A DNA stretch of 63,966 nucleotides, counting the filler, from Reclinomonas americana ATCC 50394 (Eukaryota): the NCBI GenBank assembly GCA_048213135.1. It is 9 parts of 5 records of this genome, joined end to end, with 100 filler letters (N's around TTAATTAATTAA, not from the genome) between each part and the next. Parts side by side here need not be neighbours in the genome. Positions count along the whole stretch, not along the records: positions 60,324 to 61,795 come from PS015247.1; positions 61,896 to 63,966 come from PS015248.1; 7 more parts are not named here. The stretch is one strand, 5' to 3'. Both the position numbers and the translations under genes were made by a program. Shown one piece after another: positions 60,484-63,966 of this stretch (position 1 is the stretch's first letter; the number at the start of each line of letters is the position of its first letter). A model generated the notes under the pieces. The model ran no database searches and had not been told where the DNA came from. It worked only from the letters and a program-made list of their open reading frames with translations.

Positions 60484-61520
60484 TACTTGCCCTCACACAG
60501 CCCATTATCATTGGCAAGCTGGAGGCCAAGGAGGGACCGGAGGAAGTGTGCGTGGCGATCAAGATGTGCGCTGACACCAAGTGCCGACTCTTCCCGAAAA
60601 AGTCTTCTTCGTCAAACGTGGTGACGGCTCCGGAGCTTGTGTTGCCGGAGGAGCTGGCCGCGACGGGCTCCATCTGGGACTGGATCAAGGAGCAGCTGAA
60701 TAAGGTGGCGAACTCGCATCTTCCGTTGGTGGATGAGGATGGCGATAACTTTTCGGGTGAGACAGGGAGGGAGAGGGGGGAGGCACAGGGAGAGAAAGAG
60801 CCTTTGCACGCTTTGCATCTGGAACGACTGAGTAACCTCTGTTATCTTGCATTCGAGGCGATTTCAGAAGCTATCGTAGCCTCAGACATGTGTTTCACAG
60901 TCGCTTGTTGCACCTCTCTGGCATTCATTGCGATGTGCTAATTATTGACGCACTCGAGAAGCAAGGAGAGAGCGCCAGCTGTGCTGTTTCTTCACTCGGG
61001 TGTCCTTTTGTTCTCCTTGCCCTCCACCGTTCTCGTCTTGCTGCATTCTCATAGTTTTCCAGCTCGAGAATAGCAAGATTAAGAGGACAACCAACATCGA
61101 GAGCTGCCTTTTCCTCTCGTCGTATGCCAGTGCCCCTCACTTCCTCTCCTCCCGCAGAGCTCCTGCGCACCTTCCGCGGCAGCTACTGGCGCGGCGCCGA
61201 CTGCAACGATTTCGACTCGCACGTGTACCCCGGTCGCCGCGTGCCTTCGTCTGGCACCGGTCCCAGCGTCGATCACAACTGCAACGGCATTCAGGGTGTG
61301 TCGCCGGCGGGAACGTCGTACGAGGATTTGCTGTGTGGCTCGTCGCAGCCGCGAGGCACGATTGCGCTGGGAGATTCGGCCACAGGTGAGCAGGAGAGGG
61401 AGAGGCAACGAGCAGGGTCAGTGCGATGCTGATTGGTTGAATGCTCGTGCAGCGCACTTCCGCTTGCCTCCTCAGTGGGTCACTGCCGCCGAGTGGCGTT
61501 CGGAGATTTTCGCTAATGCT
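60484..61520 (+). CDS. AOAH: Acyloxyacyl hydrolase, internal exons 60484-60756, 61158-61385, 61453-61520
   Basis: End of a saposin-B domain (PEEVCVAIKMC..KCRLFP), then HLPLVDEDGDNFS, TFRGSYWRGADCND, YPGRR, DHNCNGIQG, YEDLLC..SQPRG and catalytic LGDSATAHF. These are all characteristic AOAH motifs. Confidence 0.93.
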
Positions 61521-61685
61521 GTTGCGTCGATTGTCTTGTGCACCTCTTCTATCTGCCTCTGTTTCTTGTGCTGAATCCTCGTCTCCTATCATATCGCCTC
61601 TCGTGCTCACAATTCCTCTCCTCGTTCTCTCTCATTGTTGCACGTGTCGCATTTTAACCTTCTCTCTCTCACTTTCTCTCTCTCT

Positions 61686-61733
<48 letters not shown>

Positions 61734-62402
61734 CTACTACTTACTACGTTACTACTACTATACTACTACGTACGTACTACTACTTACATTTACCGNNNNN
61801 NNNNNNNNNNNNNNNNNNNNNNNNNNNNNNNNNNNNNNNTTAATTAATTAANNNNNNNNNNNNNNNNNNNNNNNNNNNNNNNNNNNNNNNNNNNNAGAGA
61901 GAGAGAGAGAGAGAGAGAGAGATCAGGGAGCAACAACTCGCGGAGAGAAGTAGCTGTACTCGCACAAGAAAACCTCGCAGCTGGGGCAGCATAGCGAAGC
62001 CAGCTCGTTACAAGAGCTGCTCTCGCAGAGTTGCACACTTAAAACAGTTTTAGTTCTAGAAGGAAAGCACACGAGACTTGTTGGCGATCACTGGTAGATG
62101 CTCATTGTGGATCAGTGAAGTTTCTATTATTATGATCGGTTCCCGCGCAAATCTCATGCAACTTCCCGCGCAGCTTGCAGTTTGTGCGGCTTATCACCAC
62201 CGCACATTTGGCGGCGGAGATGATGACAGCGCGCGTGAGTGGACCACAACAAAAAAGAAAAAAGAAAGAAGAGGAGGGACGTTGTTTCTTGAGGGTGGAG
62301 AAGGGTCGAGAGCTCTTCGGAGTGTGGCATGGTGGGGAGCAAAAGTCGATGCCTGCGGGGTGAATTGAACACCCGACCTTCGCATTACGAGTGCGACGCA
62401 AT

Positions 62403-62636
62403 ACCACTATGCTACGCAGGCTCAGACGTTCTGTGGAGGTGTTCTCTAAGGCCACAAGGATGACTGACAAAGCGAGAGTGAGAGTGAGAGTCTCTCGTTT
62501 TGCTGCACGCGAGCCATCTGAGACTGATAGACTGATAGCAGCGTCGTGTCTCTCCACTATGCTACGCAGGCTCAGACGGTTTGTGGATGTGTTCTTGGAG
62601 GCGACGAGGATGAGTGACAAGTGAGAGTGAGAGTGC
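62403..62636. repeat. Direct repeat, two copies of ~85 bp about 150 bp apart
   Basis: ccactatgctacgcaggctcagacg...aggatga.tgacaa..gagagtgagagtg starting near 62404 and 62554. Confidence 0.85.
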
Positions 62637-63448
62637 GTAAACCAAATCTGCACGTGCACGTGAATGAAGACAAAGGGCAGACAACTCGCCTTTTTGCGAT
62701 CGACCCGCACCGTCGTCCCACATGCGCTGAGATCTAGAGGCTCGGTTGGCCAAATTGGCCCAAATTGGGGTTTCTCATGAAGGGGTTACCTCCGATCGCG
62801 CAATTGCATTCACGCCAACGGTGACCCAAACAAAGATTCTTCGTTTCACGAACGCACGACACACGAACCTTCGCGTCTCTACTGGTGAGTCGCGACTCAG
62901 CACCCACACGCACACGTGGTGTTTTCGCGCGCGCGCACTTGAGAGAAGTTATTTTCGTCGCACGCGTGGTGATGAGACATCTCGTGACTTCTCACACACA
63001 CTTTTTTTCATTGTGGCGACACATTGCTCACTCACGTGCGCACACTGCCCTCGCTCTCTTATGTGGTGCGCGCACGTAGAATGTGCACTCTCCCTCCTGT
63101 GTGTGAGTCTTTTTGTGCTTGTGTGAGTACCCGGCGGAACCGGATATCCTTTTTCGTGAAGTGCGCGCCAATCGTCAGCACACACACTCTCACACACGCG
63201 CACTCACTCTCTTCTCCTCTTCTCCTCCTCTCCTCTCTCTCTCTCTCGCGCGCGCGCTCTGACACTTTCGCATATTCCCGCGCCGTGAAAGATCACGCAC
63301 ACTACCCGTTATGCTTGCCAAACGGGGCCTTTCTCTCCTCCCACTTCCCCGTCCCTCCACACTCTCCCTTCCTCTTTTCCACCTCTCTCTATCTCTCTCT
63401 CTCTCTCTCTCTCACTCACTCACTCACTCGCCGCATCACAGCCGCCCG

Positions 63449-63966
63449 ATGTTGGCGCGCCGATTCCTTCATCGCCCGACGGCGAGTGGAGACTCCAATG
63501 CCTCCTCATCCATTGCCGAGGCCATGGCCGGCCTGTGTGAGGCCGCCAACAATCAGCGACCAAGCAAGAAACCACCTCTGACAACAACACCTTCAAAAAC
63601 CGTGCTGCCGTCGTCGCCGCCCTCTGCGGCCGCGGCCGCCTATCATGCGTATCATAGACAGCAGCAGCAGCAGCAGCAGCATGTGTTGGCGAGTAGAAAA
63701 CCACCAGCGTCGCCGTATCATTTGCAGCAGAGCATTGGGAGTGGCAGTGGCGCGGCGGCAATGGGAGTGGCCATGTGTCCGGCGACCTCGGCGGCGATGC
63801 ATTCGCGCTCGAGTTCCACGCCGCTGTTTGCCGACTGGCATCCGGCGCTGCTGCAGGCCATTGCGCAGCCGCCGCGGCATAGTGTGGATGTAGCGAGAAG
63901 GACCACGACGAATGCGTATGTGCCCGAGTCGGAAGAGGAGCGGCCGCCGGCCCCGCGTTCTGCTGT
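63449..63966 (+). CDS. First exon of a low-complexity protein running off the window end
   Basis: Stop-free frame from ATG 63449 (MLARRFLHRPTASGDSNASSSIAEAMAG...HRQQQQQQQH...) to the end of the window. It is absent from the ORF track because it has no stop. Confidence 0.65.
   Translation, partial: MLARRFLHRPTASGDSNASSSIAEAMAGLCEAANNQRPSKKPPLTTTPSKTVLPSSPPSAAAAAYHAYHRQQQQQQQHVLASRKPPASPYHLQQSIGSGSGAAAMGVAMCPATSAAMHSRSSSTPLFADWHPALLQAIAQPPRHSVDVARRTTTNAYVPESEEERPPAPRSA

Overview
Draft-assembly scaffold of an intron-rich, GC-rich microbial eukaryote, most plausibly a phagotrophic protist; the species cannot be determined from the window. It has many N gaps, artificial TTAATTAATTAA spacers and pyrosequencing-type noise at contig ends. 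Splicing exons by hand gives about 16 protein-coding genes. These are a beta-ketoacyl-ACP synthase (one exon on an apparently inverted contig), a longin+roadblock-like protein, a small membrane protein, two intronless WD40 paralogues, a FAF1/FAF2-type UBX protein, a MINDY4-N-like+WD40 protein, two tandem thioredoxins (one lacking CxxC), DHX8/PRP22, several disordered proteins, a gene with at least six tandem copies of an unrecognised ~190-aa domain, a LisH/CRA-type protein and acyloxyacyl hydrolase. There is also one tRNA-Gly(TCC). Three signals stand out. (1) About 17 of roughly 85 hand-modelled introns begin GTTG(C/A)G(T), always after a non-G exon base, which looks like a common shifted-register class of 5' splice site. 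(2) The six-repeat gene has conserved intron positions and HH/CxxC, GKS and hhhhDE motifs. (3) Many long introns have G-rich 5' ends and complementary C-rich 3' ends, and are filled with private minisatellites. All gene models are manual and lack transcript support.
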